Below are positions 41,297-54,343 of a stretch of DNA of 64,000 bases, in pieces. Every line of letters starts with the position of its first letter. Position 1 is the stretch's first letter. Under the pieces are notes generated by a model, which did no database searches, was not told the origin of the DNA, and saw nothing but the letters and a program-made list of their open reading frames with translations. This stretch comes from the human T2T-CHM13v2.0 reference genome, Homo sapiens. The DNA is taken from the NCBI RefSeq assembly GCF_009914755.1, contig NC_060928.1; one strand, written 5' to 3'. A program made the position numbers and the translations under genes.

Positions 41297-41915
41297 AGAC
41301 AGATTCCTAAAATGGTGCATAAGATTTTCTGCTCCTATTGTGGATGTCCTACATAATACATAGGGTTGTACAAAGAAAATGTTTTACTCCTGTGATCAAG
41401 TTATATTAGGTGGCACATATGTGTCTTTAAGAATGAGAATTTATCCAAGTAGACTGATTTAATCATGTTATTCCTGCAAGAGCACAGAGATTGCTCTGAC
41501 TGGTCAAAAAGAAGAAGTAAGAAATATCCACTCTGGCTGGCCTGAGGAAAGCAAACACCCATGTTGGGTTCCCAGTGAGAGCATCTGCTTCTAGGAACTG
41601 AGACAGTCCCCAGTTGATAGTTTTTAGGGAAATAGAAACCTCAGTTCATCAACTGCAAGGAACTTCATTCTACCAACCACAAGACTAAGTTTGGAAGCAG
41701 ATTCCCTCCCTTACCCTGCAACCCCCAGAACCTCTGTGAGAAATCAGTTCAGCTGATCCCTTTATTTCAGCCTTTGTATTTTGATAACCAGCTGTGATAT
41801 ACAGGCAGAGAAACCTACCACCCCATGCTTGACTTATGACTGACAGAACTGTGAGCTAATACATGGGTATTGTTTCAAGCTGCTAAAATTGTGGTATTTT
41901 GTTACACAACAATCA
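41297..41915 (+). mobile_element. MLT1E/F-type LTR
   Basis: CAACTGCAAGGAACT...TTGGAAGCAGATTC...CAGAACTGTGAGCTAAT...TTGTTTCAAGCTGCTAAAATTGTGGTA. Confidence 0.75.
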
Positions 41916-43728
41916 TATGTGCTCCTCATACGTATTTTGCATTGTTATCAACTAGATGAGAAATACAGTGGTTAGTAAAGCATAATGGATAAGAAAGTGA
42001 GCTTTGGAATGAGACTTCCTGGGTTTGAATTCTAACTCTGTCATTTGCTAGTGATGTGACTCAAAGCAGGTGAAGGAGGTAAAGCATCTGACCTGGTGGC
42101 AGGTACATTCGAGTGTTCAATATATCCCAGGTGTCATTTTTACCTCCATGTCATTACAGACATTCAGGGTGTGGGGGGGAAATTTAGCCAAGGTTGAAAA
42201 CCTGCTAGGGTGTGAATCAGGTTTATCACTCTAATCTGTGTGGCTCTCCAATCTCTGTACTTACCCTACTGAATGAATCCCACTGCCCTTCAGGACTGCC
42301 CTTGGGATGGTCTGGCATGTGTGTCTTCGTTCTCAGCTGTCTCAGCTTCTTACTTCTGTGGCAACTAACCTTTCCAATTGTGGAGAGAGCATCTCAACAA
42401 TCTAGAGGAGATCTAGGTGAAAAAACTCAGGAATCCAGGTCCTTTCCATATTCCTCATGTTCTTAGAACATCAAGTCCTAATATAATGAATAGTTCTTTG
42501 AAACATCCTATGAAAAATACAATGGGAATCTTCTGTTTTCTGCCTTTTTCCCCTAGAACTCATTTTGTGTTCCTGACCTTTTTTTTTTCTTTTCTTTTCC
42601 TTTTGTCTACCTTCACCTTCCTTTAGGAAGTGTTAGCAATTAAAACCTCACCCTCAGGTATAAATGTCTCCTGCCTGCAGCAGACCACTAAAAGCCTAAT
42701 GGACCAGTCTCAGTATACAGGTCACTAAGAGTAGCAGCAGTGCCCTGTAAGCTGTCCCCACCTGTAGCAATTCAGGGGAAATATAAGATGTACTCTTCTA
42801 AAACAAGTTAAACCCTGAGTCAATGATAGAAAGTTATTATAGAAGAACATTACCAAATAATTCATCAGGTTTTTACAATTATGTAAGCCAAAAAGAGCAA
42901 CTATAAAATGGAAATTTAACCTCTACCAGGTATCCAAGCATGTATATTTCTCTCCCAGCTTAAAGACTTTGTAGTGATGAAAATGTAGACAAATTGATTG
43001 GGTTAGAAAGATAATCATCTGGTGCAGAAGTAATTGCTATAAGTTAACTAATTTAGAGGGCTCTTGTGGAGAAGTGATAGCTGGAGGCTACAAAAACTGG
43101 CTTCTCAAAGTTCTATTGCACACAAATAATTACTTCAAGAAACAAATGAAGTGTTATTTATTGGCAGTAGGACCTGGATCCTTGGTGATCACCAGTGAAA
43201 AAGGAAACTGAAATTAATTTGTACTAAGCAAAATTGCATTCAATCCAGCAAAGCTGTTCTGTGAATTTCAGTTGGTATTTAGGCAAGTTATTATTGCCTC
43301 AGGCCTATTGAACACTGCAGCCAGTGCTTAGCCATTTTTTTGCAAGAGTTTTCTAGTTGGGTATTTCATTTTTGCTATGCATTCATCTATAACATATGAT
43401 GAGAGTTATTATCTGTGATGGAAAGTAATGATACTATCAGTTGGAGGGAAATGTTTAAAACTTACATAACCCCTTATTAAAATTCTAAATCAACAAAATT
43501 TATCTTATGCCTTAAGAAAATCATTTATTAGGAGCTTTAAGTTATTTATTTCTATTTTTCTTCAGATTCCTAGAAAAGAGGAAAACAATCACTCTAGAAC
43601 TGTTATAAGCATGCTAACCAGGACTTCAGAGAAAGGAAAAAAAAAGGTAAAATATCAAGTTGTTTTAGCCTAAAGAAATATAAATATTCTTTTCCTCTTC
43701 AAATTTTTTTTTCTTTTAGAATTATATA

Positions 43729-43943
43729 CAGTAGTATATGAGCACTATTGCGTAAATATTTTTTTAATGGCTTTAGAAGTGGTTGTGAAGCCCTGATTTA
43801 CAACATTTGTCTGTTTCTGTCATGTGTATCCTTCCCCACCATGGCCAAGTTCAAGCTACCAAGGATACAGCACCGAAAGCTAGGTTGAGAAGAAATGCAT
43901 ACAATGGGCTCACTGAGCTTGTAGGAACCCCAGCACACCACTG
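43729..43943 (-). mobile_element. MER63-family hAT MITE
   Basis: AAGCCCTGATTT...CCCACCATGGCC...TTCAAGCTACCAA...CCAGCACACCACTG; 8-bp TSD ATTATATA/ATTTTATA. Confidence 0.85.
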
Positions 43944-46650
43944 ATTTTATATTGTTGTGATCATAAGAACTTGAGTAAATTCCCTCAGAAAAATGGCTTA
44001 TCTCTTCTATAATGCATTGCACTCTTACCTTTTATCTACATTATTATTATTTTTATTTATTTGTATGCATTTCTCTTTACAATGGAAGACTTTTCATATT
44101 GGTTCACTCACTGCCATGGTAACTAGCAAAATTTTTAGATAGAATAAGTACTCAATAAACATTGGTACAAAAATTTCCTTGGATTATCTCATTTTACTGC
44201 CTCCAATACTAATAGACAAGAGGCCAAATTGAGCTTAATGCAAACCATTTTTGGGTGCTCAGAGTTCCTCAGTGCTTTAAGGAAAATCTCAAATGTAGTT
44301 ACCACTTTGCTTTAACTGCCAGACAGTCCTTACAGTTTGCTGCATATTGAACAAAACACTTATTCTCCAGGAAATGCGAAAGCAAGTGGATTTTAATAAC
44401 AATCATATTTTGCTTGTTTATTAATATATACTTTTAATCACTTTTCATCCTCAAAACGACTCAGAGAGTCACACATCATTTTGCAAATGAACAAAAATAA
44501 GGGAAATATTTTTCCAAAGTCATGAAGTTGGTCCACAGTGGACCCAGGATGGGAAAAATAATGTTCTATGCCTAATTCACTCTGTCTTCTCTTTTGCCAT
44601 ATTTCCATCATTTTATTATTTAGCAGGGAGGTCTATCACACCTATTATCAAAGGTGAGCGTTTTGCTAAGTGCTGGTACCACAAGGACATAGATCAGATT
44701 CTGTTCTAATTCTTTCATATGTAAGCCAAAGTGGACGCATGTGACAAGCATAGGCTGTTATTTGTGGTACAATAAAGTTACTAACATATTGTTATAAGAC
44801 TAAAAGCATTGGTGGATTATTTTGCCTTGAAAGTCAGAAGAGCTCTCACAAAGTAATTTCTTGTTCAATTATGCATAGAATGAAAGCAACTACATTTGAA
44901 CACATTTTCAACATGATTTGAAAATACTGATGTTATTAAATCATATCTTTACATTTTGGGGTAAGGCTTCTTTTTTTAAAGAGTCACACTAAATATTGTC
45001 TCTTGTCTTGTTTTTAATGCAAGGATCTTCAGAAAAGTTGTTCTTTCTCTGTTCCAATTATAGTTAAAAGCTATATGGTCAACAAAACACACGAACAGTT
45101 ATTATAATTTGTATTAACATATATGAATCATTTTAATTACCTACTTTGAAGTATGGATGCTTTTGTAATTTTTAAAATTTTCTTTCTAAATATTTTGTGT
45201 CTTTTTGAATTAAATGTTGACAGAGTAGGCATGATACATATTATAAAACCATTTCAAGTATTGAAAGTCTCACAAAATACAGTTATATGAACATGGTATA
45301 AGATTATAAAACTAACGTAACATTTATTGAATACTTTTTCTTATGCTATGGTGAAAATTTTACCTCAAGAATTCTTTGGAAGGTTGCTATATCTCATGAT
45401 GTTCTGTAACAAACATAGAGGCGGTTTTGAGGATTAGTAATATGCACAAGTTTGTGCATAGCACAGATTTCAAAGAGAAGGATTTAAAATCTGAATACTA
45501 TCCTTGTTTTCACCTGTATACTTTTTGAAATTCTCTCTCCCCCTCTCTTCTTTATTGTTTCTGTGTGTCTTTCAATATAACATTTCTCCACCCCCCAAAA
45601 ATATTTCTTATCAAATTTCTTGCTTTTGTTGTAAAGTAGCAGAAGAAAGAAAACTTTTCAAAAGATTTCAAAGAATGGCAGTCATTACACTCTCAGGGCT
45701 GGTAGTTGCTCCTTCTGATCATCTGGCTACCTAGTACTTGTTTCCTTTCCTTTTAAGGAGCAGTCATCTTCCAGTGTGTGGAGTCGTGGTGGAACAGTAA
45801 GACAAAGTGAAAGTCACTGCCATAGACAGAAGGTGGTCACATTACCAAAGTGTGATCCTTCAGTCTTTCTCAGTCTTCAGTGGGAGCTTTAGAGAAATAA
45901 CATCTGAAGCAATACGTCACTTGCAACAAAACTGCATTTGGTTAAACTGTTTTCAGTTAACTTGATGGACACTGTCAGATGCCCCATCCTGCTTTTTTCT
46001 AATTAGGTCTCACTAATCTCATGCAATGCAACTTGCCCTGACCCTCTGACCTTCCACCCATGCAACAGGAGAGACCAGCCACAATTAGTCTGCACCCAAC
46101 ATTATTTAATATTATTCAACATTGTTCCAGCTGCCACAGGACCATATTCTTTCTCTTTCCTTCTCCCAATTGCTATCTGTGGGCCCCTCAGCCAGTATCT
46201 CTCTTTGCTCACATATTCCTTATTAATAAACCATTTAATTACTTGTGATTCTGTTACGACAGTGTGGTGTGTTTTGACATTGACACCTTTAAAGGGTGGG
46301 GGGCAAGAATGGCAGACCCTGCAGGGGTGGGACAATACAAGAAATTTTGTATCCTAAAGGGAAGAAAGAATAAAACAAACAGTCGGAGTTTGTTCATTCT
46401 AGCAGAGGGGGCCAAATGATGCTTCTGAGTAGTTTCCATTGCCATAACTGCTGATTCCTTACTTTTCTGGGCCTAGTTCTTCATCATTCCATTTGATTGC
46501 ATGCATTCCACTAACGTGCAGCAAATTCTCTTTATAAATAATAAGTCTCTTTTATTATTTATTCTCTTTGTAAATAATAAGATTATGTTGCAACCAAAGA
46601 GTTATAAATGACACAATGGATTTAATGAGACTATTTAATTATTTAGGGGA

Positions 46651-48930
46651 TGATATGGTTTGGCTGTGCCCCCACGCAAATCTCGATTTGAATTGTATCT
46701 CCCAGAATTCCCATGTGCTGCAGGAGGGACCCAGGGGAGGCAATTGAATCATGGGGGCTGGTCTTTCTCATGCTATTCTCATGAGAATATGAGTGAACAA
46801 GTCTCATGAGATCTGATGGGTTTATCAGGCGTTTCCACTTTGGCTTCTTCCTCATTCTTTTCTTGCCACCATCATGTAAGAAGTGCCTTTCATCTCCCAC
46901 CATGATTCTGAGGCTTCTGCAGCTATGTGGAACTGTAAGTCCAACTAAAGCTCTTTTTCTTCCCGGTCTCAGATCTGTCTTTATCAGCAGCACAAAAATG
47001 GACTAATACAGTAAATTGGTACCAGTAGAGTGGGGCATTGCTGAAAAGATACCCGAAAATGTGGAAGCAACTTTAGAACTGGGTAACGGACAGAGGTTGG
47101 AACAGTTTGGAGGGCTCAGAAGCAGACAGGAAAATGTGAGAAAGTCTGAACCTCCTAGAGACTTGTTGAATGGCTCTGACAAAAATGCTGATAGTGATAT
47201 GAACAGTAAGGTCCAGGCTAAGGTGGTCTCAGATGAAGATAAAGAACTTGTTGGGAACTGGAGCAAAGGTGACTCTTGTTACGTTTTAGCAAAGATACTG
47301 GTGGCCCTAGAGATTTGTGGAGCTTTGAACTTGAGAGAGATGATTTAGGGTATCTGGCAGAAGAAATTTCTAAGCAGCAAAGCATTCAAGAGGTGACTTG
47401 GGTGCTGTTAGAGGCATTCTATTTTTAAATGGAAACAGAGCATAAAAGTTTGGGAAATTTGCAGCCTGACTATGTGATAGAAAAGAAAAACCTATTTTCA
47501 GGGGGAGAAATTCAAGCCAATTGCAGAAATTCACATAAGTAGCAAGGAGCCTAATGTTAATCCCAATGAACATGGGGAATATGTCTCCAGGCCATGTCAG
47601 AGACCTTCATGGCAGCCCCTCCCATCACAGGCCCAGAGGCTCAGGAGGACAGAGTGGTTTCTTGGGCCAGGCCCAGGATCCCCGTGCTGTGTGCAGGGTA
47701 AGGACTTGTTGCCCTGTGTCACAGCCATGGCTGAAAGGGGCCAACATAGAGCTCAGGCTGTGACTTCAGAGGGTGAAAGCCCCAAGCCTTGGCAGGTTCC
47801 ACATGGAGTTGAGCCAGCAGGTGCACAGAAGTCTAGAATTGAAGTTAGAGAACCTCTGCCTAGATTTCAGATGATGTATGGAAATGCCTGGATGCCCAAG
47901 CAAAGGTTTGCTGCAGGGGTGGGGCCCTCATGGAGAACCTCTGCTAGGACAGTGTGGAAGGGATATGTGGGGTTGGAGCCCCTACACAGAGTCCCTTCTG
48001 GGGCGCTGCCTAGTGGAGCTGTGAGAAGAGGGCCACCATCCTCCAGACCCCACAATGGTGGATCAACTGAAATCAACTGACAGCTTGTACTGTGCACCTG
48101 GAAAAGCCACAGACATTCAATGCCAGCCTGTGAAAGGAGCCAGGAAGGAGGCTGTACCCTGCAAAGCCATAGGGGCAAAGATGCCCAAGACCATGGGAAC
48201 GCACCTCCTGCATTAGTGAGATCTGGATGTGAAATCTGGAGTCAAAGGAGATCATTTTGGAGCTTTAAAATTTGACTGTCCCACTGGATTTCAGACTTGC
48301 ATGGGCCTTGTAACCCCTTTATTTTGGCCAATTTCACCCATTTGGAACTGCTGTATTTACCAAATACCTGAATCCCCATCGTATCCAGGAAGTAACTAGC
48401 TTGCTTTTGATTTTACAGGCTCATAGGCAGAAGGGACTTGCCTCGTCTCAGATGAGACTTTGTACTGTGGACTTTTGGATTAATGCTGAAATTAGTTAAA
48501 ACTTTGGGGGACTGTTGAGAAGGCATGATTGGTTTTGAAATGTGAGGACATGAGATTTGGAGAGCCCAGGGGAGGAATGATATGGTTCTGATGTGTCTTC
48601 ACCCAAATCTCAATCTGAATTTTATCTCCCAGAATTCCCATGTGTTGTGGGAGGGACCCAGAGGGAGTTATTGAATCATGGGGCAGGTCTTTCCTGTGCT
48701 ATTATTGTGATAGTGAATAAATCTCACTAGATCTCATGGGTTTATCAGGGTTTTCTGCTTTTGCATCCTCCTCATTCCTCTCTTGCCTCTGCCTTGGAAA
48801 AAGTGCCTTTCTCTTCCCACCATGATTCTGATGCCTCCCCAGCCATGTGGACCTGTAAGTCCAATTAAATCTCTTTTCCTTCCCAGTCTCAGGTATGTCT
48901 TTATCAGCAGCCTGAAAATGGCCTAATATG
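46651..48930 (+). mobile_element. Full-length THE1A provirus (LTR 46651-47010, internal 47011-48577, LTR 48578-48930)
   Basis: Two THE1A LTRs; internal begins GTAAATTGGTACCAGTAGAGTGGGG; purine tract before the 3' LTR; perfect TSD GGGGA/GGGGA. Confidence 0.96.
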
Positions 48931-49204
48931 GGGGAGAACAGAAACAAAATACAAATTAGAGATATCTCTGAACACCCCCACTCATATGCACACATACACA
49001 TGCGTACCTACATACATGTTTTAACAGTGGGACCAAGACAAAGAATGTTTCTACTAATTCATAAAGATCAATCCAGTTTATACATCACATCTGTGGCCAC
49101 ACATAATGTCTACTCTTATTCAGGAGAAATATCTTGTTTCTCTTAGCCTCCATAGCTCTGAACACAACCCTATATTTTGATTGCTTTACAGAAAATTGTA
49201 GAAA

Positions 49205-49425
49205 TAACTGAGATTTATTTAATGCTTACTTAGAATGTGCCAACACTATTCTAAGAACGTTACATTTTTGTTCCTATTTCTTCCTCAGATCAAACATTAT
49301 TATTGTTATCTCATTATGCAAATGACGAAACCAAATTTGGAAATAACTCACCTAAAGTTTCACAGTTAGTGTGGCCAAAACAAAACTTGCTTCAACTGTC
49401 AATGTTTTTATCATTATCTTACATT
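49205..49425 (-). mobile_element. MIR
   Basis: ATTTATTTAATGCTTACT...TGTGCCAACACTATTCTAAG...GCAAATGACGAAAC...TAACTCACCTAAAG...CACAGTTAGT. Confidence 0.7.
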
Positions 49426-51132
49426 GTACATAATTTGTTTTTCCATACTTTGTTGTGTAATACTCTTTAACCTCTCTAAACTGAGGCCAGGGAGTATGTA
49501 TTGGACACTAGATTTGTGTAGTGCCCAGAACAGTGTTAGCACATTTTAGTAGTTTAGCAAATGCCTATTACAAAATTTCTTGTAGAGTTCAAAACACATA
49601 ACTTGAATTCTTCACTTTTCAGTGAGTTATTTTGACATAATTTGAACATTGACTAAATCCTTCTCAATGCAGGTAAAATATTTAGTCAACATATGTCCAA
49701 GACAAAAATAGGAGCTGCAGCTCTTGACAAGCACTCAGTGAATATATAGCATAAACCTATAAGTGAAAGAGATTAAGTATCTGCATGAAGAAAAGGGCAA
49801 AGGGATTTGAAGATTTTCAGCTGATAATCAGAGACAGGAGAGGATATTACTGGAAAATAGTAACCACCAACAAAATATGTCCCAAAGTGTATGAATATGA
49901 CAGAGCTAATTGTCCCATTATCTATCAGCAATGAAGAAAATGTGATCTTGAATTTTCAATTCAATTCTTCAGAATTTATGTAACTCTGGGGAAGTTAAAG
50001 TCCCATTGCATAATATAGTATGACACTATGAAGACTTTTCCTTAAAAATAAATTGTATCTCAATAATAAAAAAAAATGTTGATGTTAAAATATACCTGTT
50101 ATCTGAGAAAAGCAAAATGGCCCTCTAGGTAGAACACTACACCATGAGCTCCAGGAGATAAGGTGATATGAATAGGGAGAGACTGGAAAATGTGATAGGC
50201 AGAGCTGGCTTTAGGCATTTGGGTTGCTAAGGGAGCCCACATATGCCACAAGCTCCCCAAGGATCATTTTAGTCACTCATTTAGCATAACCTGGGGTTGG
50301 AATGTGATGTGTATCAACAAAATCCCAGCAATGTACCCATGGAAAAGTGCTCATTTCTCTTTCACCTGAAGCAGTTGAGCCCCATGAGCTCACGCAGATT
50401 CTTCTTAAAGCTAAAAGAAATAATGAAGTTAGTAATGGAGGTAATTAAGAAGTGATAATGTGACTTACATCTGTCACAGTCCAGATATCAGGAACTATTT
50501 ATATTTAAATATCTAGACACAGATTTTGGTTACCTACCTACAGATAATGAGACTTCATGCTCTCGAGCCATTTTCACTCTTCAAATTATGTGCATCTCAG
50601 CCTTTTTGGTGTTTCAGTGTGTTTATAATGCTGAATATACTTCAGTGTGTTGAGGCCAGCTTATGACTGCAGACTGAGAAATAAAGTATAAATAATCAGA
50701 ATAAGGAAAATAATTAAATCTACAAACAAATTCATAAAAGTCAGTTTCAAAGTGTGTTTTATGTATTTAAAGGCATAAAGAATGAAAATAGGCTAAATTA
50801 ACCCCTACCTGTAACAAGTTACACATGGATATAGAGATGAGTCTAAATTGTTGATGCCAGTGAGGATGTAACAGCACTGTAGATCCTATCCTTTTGTCCC
50901 TCACATCTTCTCTTCTTCTGATACCCACTTCGAGATTCTCTTTTCAGATTTAAATTTTCTAATATCAAATTCAAATGACAGAGCAGATGCTGACCTTCAT
51001 CCCCCAGGCATTTATCACAGGACAGATTCTGACTTGCTCATGAATATAATCTTATTCTTTGCAACTGGCATGTGGCCACTCTGAGTGGTGAGACGGAAAA
51101 CATTTGGTCAGACATCCCAAAGTTCAACCTAT

Positions 51133-51706
51133 TGTAAAAAGTAAAGTAGAGGTTCCTCTTCAAAGACTTTCCTCCCCATCTAATTAGGAATAAATAGTAA
51201 CTTCTCTTAGAAGCAAAATTTATTCAAAGACCCGTGCTAACATTCTTAAATATCTGCTAGCCGTAATAAAGAAATCAGTGTACTTTATGTTCATAGCTCC
51301 CACAATGTAGCCTAAATGTTTGCCCTGGCTTGCTTATACTGGTCCAAGCAAGCTTTAGGTCATAGCCTGTTTTTACCTTTCTCAGCATTCCATAAGTTAG
51401 TTCCTCCTTCCTTTGTTCTCCTCTGCCTTTGCCTTTTTAAAAAAGTTCTAAGTTGCTAGCCAATCAGGACAAATACAGGATGTGAGGTCCCATTCCAGCC
51501 AATGGAAACTGGACACAGCAGTGGGGTGGATGCGTCAGGTTATAAATGAGCCTGTCTCCTTTGTTTGGTGTACTCTAGTGGCAAAACTGCTGGCGAGTGT
51601 ACCCTTTCTGCAGAAAGTAAAAAAAAAAAAATGGCCTTGCTGAGGAAATGACATTTATGTTCTAGTGCTATTTCTTTACGGCACTAGGGAACAAGCATTT
51701 CTAACA
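51133..51706 (+). mobile_element. ERV1 solo LTR, LTR10C-like (HERV-I group)
   Basis: TGTAAAAAGTAAAGTAGAGGTTCCTCTTCAAAGAC...GAACAAGCATTTCTAACA; 4-bp TSD CTAT/CTAT. Confidence 0.8.
51326..51546 (+). promoter_or_regulatory. LTR promoter elements: p53-like half-sites, two CCAAT boxes, TATA box
   Basis: TGGCTTGCTT-ATACTGGTCC-AAGCAAGCTT (51326-55), CCAAT at 51460 and 51499, TATAAA at 51541. Confidence 0.5.
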
Positions 51707-52118
51707 CTATGCTGCTTCCGTTTTGTTTAGTTGAGTTTTATTTGGCTTTGTTTAGTTGTGGTGGCATTGTTGTCCCCACCAGTAGAGGCACTTGCTACTG
51801 TTTCAGTTCAGTCCCACAGTAGGTGAGCAGCAAGGCTCCTTTCCCTGCCCCTCTCTTCCTTCTTCTTCCTCTCCTTTTTTTCTCTCTCTCTTTATCTCTT
51901 CTCTCCTTCCTCAATCTTTAAACATGCCTATAGTACAGCAACTTGAGCCTTGAGTACTGTCATATGAGAGGAATATACTTGTGCATTTCCATTTCTTTCA
52001 GCCACTGTAATTTTGAGTCTCTGTTGTAGCATCTCACTTTTCCTCTTAGATAAAAGCAGTTGTTAGTGCAAGGAGTAATAGGGATAAACGGAGTTTAGTG
52101 TATTTTCGGAAACGGAAA

Positions 52119-52526
52119 TGCTAAAGCAAACTAAATATGGCCTGAGAAGGACTCTGTACTTCTACATTTGAGTCCTTGCAGATGAACTGCAGCCTAACTT
52201 AAAAGGTGGACAAGATTAAAACCTAACTCAGGAGTATGTGCCTGTAACAATAGCTGAGTCTTGGTCAATCCCAGCAGCCATACTTCGGCCATTCATACGC
52301 TGCTGAGCAAACGCCAAGCTGTAACTAATCCATTTGTTTCTGTACCTCACTTCTGATTTCTGAATGTCACTTCCCTTTTTTTTGTTGATAAATTTGTTCT
52401 AACCACGAGGCATCCCTGGAGTCTCTCTGAATCTGCTGTGATTCCGGGGGCTGCACCATTTGCAAATCATCATTACTCAATTAAACTCCTTGAAATGTAA
52501 TTCGACTAAAGTTTTTCTTTTTAACA
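52119..52526 (+). mobile_element. ERV1 solo LTR, MER57A-like
   Basis: TGCTAAAGCAAACTAAATATGGCCTGAGAAGGACTC...CTGTAACAATAGCTGAGTCTTGG...CAATTAAACTCC...TTTTAACA; TSD GAAA/GAAG. Confidence 0.85.
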
Positions 52527-54294
52527 GAAGTCAAGGCACTCACTTTATGCCCTCCCTTCCTTTTAGGGAGTCCAGGATTTCTTTCTAACCCCTCCCCTTT
52601 TTCTAAGTTGTTGTTTGTTTGGTTGTTGCCTTGGGTGGAGGAGGGGGTGTCAGAAATAAGCGACTGTTGAGGGGATGAATAGGCAGGGGTATTGTTGCTC
52701 TGCTGCAGCTCATCTCCTGGGGGCGTTTGCTAGGCTCCTGGCTCTCGGGAAATAGAAAGACCTGCTCTGCTGTCTTTGGATCCTAGATCACTCTTCTTCC
52801 TCATTGAATGTTAGTTACCAGTTAACCTTCCTGCTACTCTTCTCTCCAGGTCCAGCTGTGTCAGTCTCTCTGGGGGCAAAACCAGTATGCCAATCAATTA
52901 ATATAATGAAGATATAACTCCCTCGTGCTAGTTTGACATATTGCATATCTTACCTACACATAATGAAATTGTGGGAAGCTATTAAATAATTTGACTGGCT
53001 TATCCTATATAAAGACTAGACTTTACTGTGAATGTTCCTAATATATGAGGTCCATGGAGTCTGGTTGGTGGTCTGGTTTACCAGGATCAATCTGAAACCT
53101 ATAGCACATTTGAGGTCCAACTCGAGTCCAACACTGAAAAAACAGTGAAGAGAACCTTATAAAAAGAGGGGGGAACATAGAGACAGGGCAAAGAAACCAA
53201 GAAGATCTGATATAATACGTTTAACATAGCAAAATGTTTTTAAAGTTGAAATTATCAGCAGTCTAGGAAACCCAGGGAAGTTGATCCTGTGATAGATTTG
53301 AGTGTTATGTTTTGTCTTATTTTGTTTTGTTGATGCTATCGATACAAAGTGCATGTTAGGTAAACATCTAGTCCACAAATTCAGGCAAGCATGAAGTGTT
53401 ACTTTAATGTTGCACAACAAAACTATTTCTAATTGAAATGTAATTCTAACGGGTGGTGAAAAAATTGTCAGACACTTTGAAATTTCTCTTTACCATCTGG
53501 TTGGCTTTCCTTAATGTATGAAGGGGTGGTGGCAATGATGCTTACATATTTAGGAGTGAGAACATTTGCCCTTATTCGCCATCTATCCAGTCTGGTATCC
53601 ACTGAGGTTTACCTGTTCCAGCTTCATCCTTTGTTACATGAATGCCGCAGCTATTACATGAATGTTGCAGCTATTCCCAAACAAGAGTCCTCTCTAGGTC
53701 CAGGTCTAGCAAAGTGTTCTTGTTATTCCTTTTGAGGCCACTCTGATGCAGCTTCAGTCCCTTTTTACATAGAGACATCAATCTTACCTTTCAACACTCC
53801 CTTTCCCATGTCGTTCTGAAAATAGAATTTTAATTTATGTGGAATATACTTCTAAAGTGAAGAATTAGTACCCTTCATTTTCAGACTTGAAAAACTATCT
53901 GAACTGTGTCTTACCCTTTCTTTCCTTAGACAAGTCAGAGCATTGCTATTTAGGAAGACTCCATCACAAGGACCTTTTGCTTTCCCCTTATTAGTCCTAC
54001 ATCTAAGTTGGAAATTTTATTTATTTTCTACTCCAGGGAGTGGGGGAAACTAGCTCAGCCTTTTCATATATTCTTCCAAATCTTTTTCTTATAACTGGTC
54101 CTCAGCTTTTAAAACCAAAACAAAATGTGTGTTCAATGTAAGATACATATCAAGAAAAACCACTGCATTAAAAAAACTGATTACTGTATTATTCAAAATG
54201 CTGTACTTAAACTTCCACTGGGGTGGACAACTCCAGCCCATTTGCATTGAAAGTGTTAGGTTGATTCCTACGTATTTACTTTAATTAATCAGTC

Positions 54295-54312
54295 TGTGTG
54301 TGTGTGTGTGTG

Positions 54313-54340
<28 letters not shown>
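54295..54340. repeat. (TG)10(TCTG)6 compound microsatellite
   Basis: Direct reading of the sequence. Confidence 0.95.

Positions 54341-54343
<3 letters not shown>

Noticed and set aside
45830-46615. Possible old ERVL LTR (LTR33/LTR16-like) ending TTGCAACCAAAGAG...GACACA
   Set aside because: Too diverged for me to assign a family or boundaries without a profile search.
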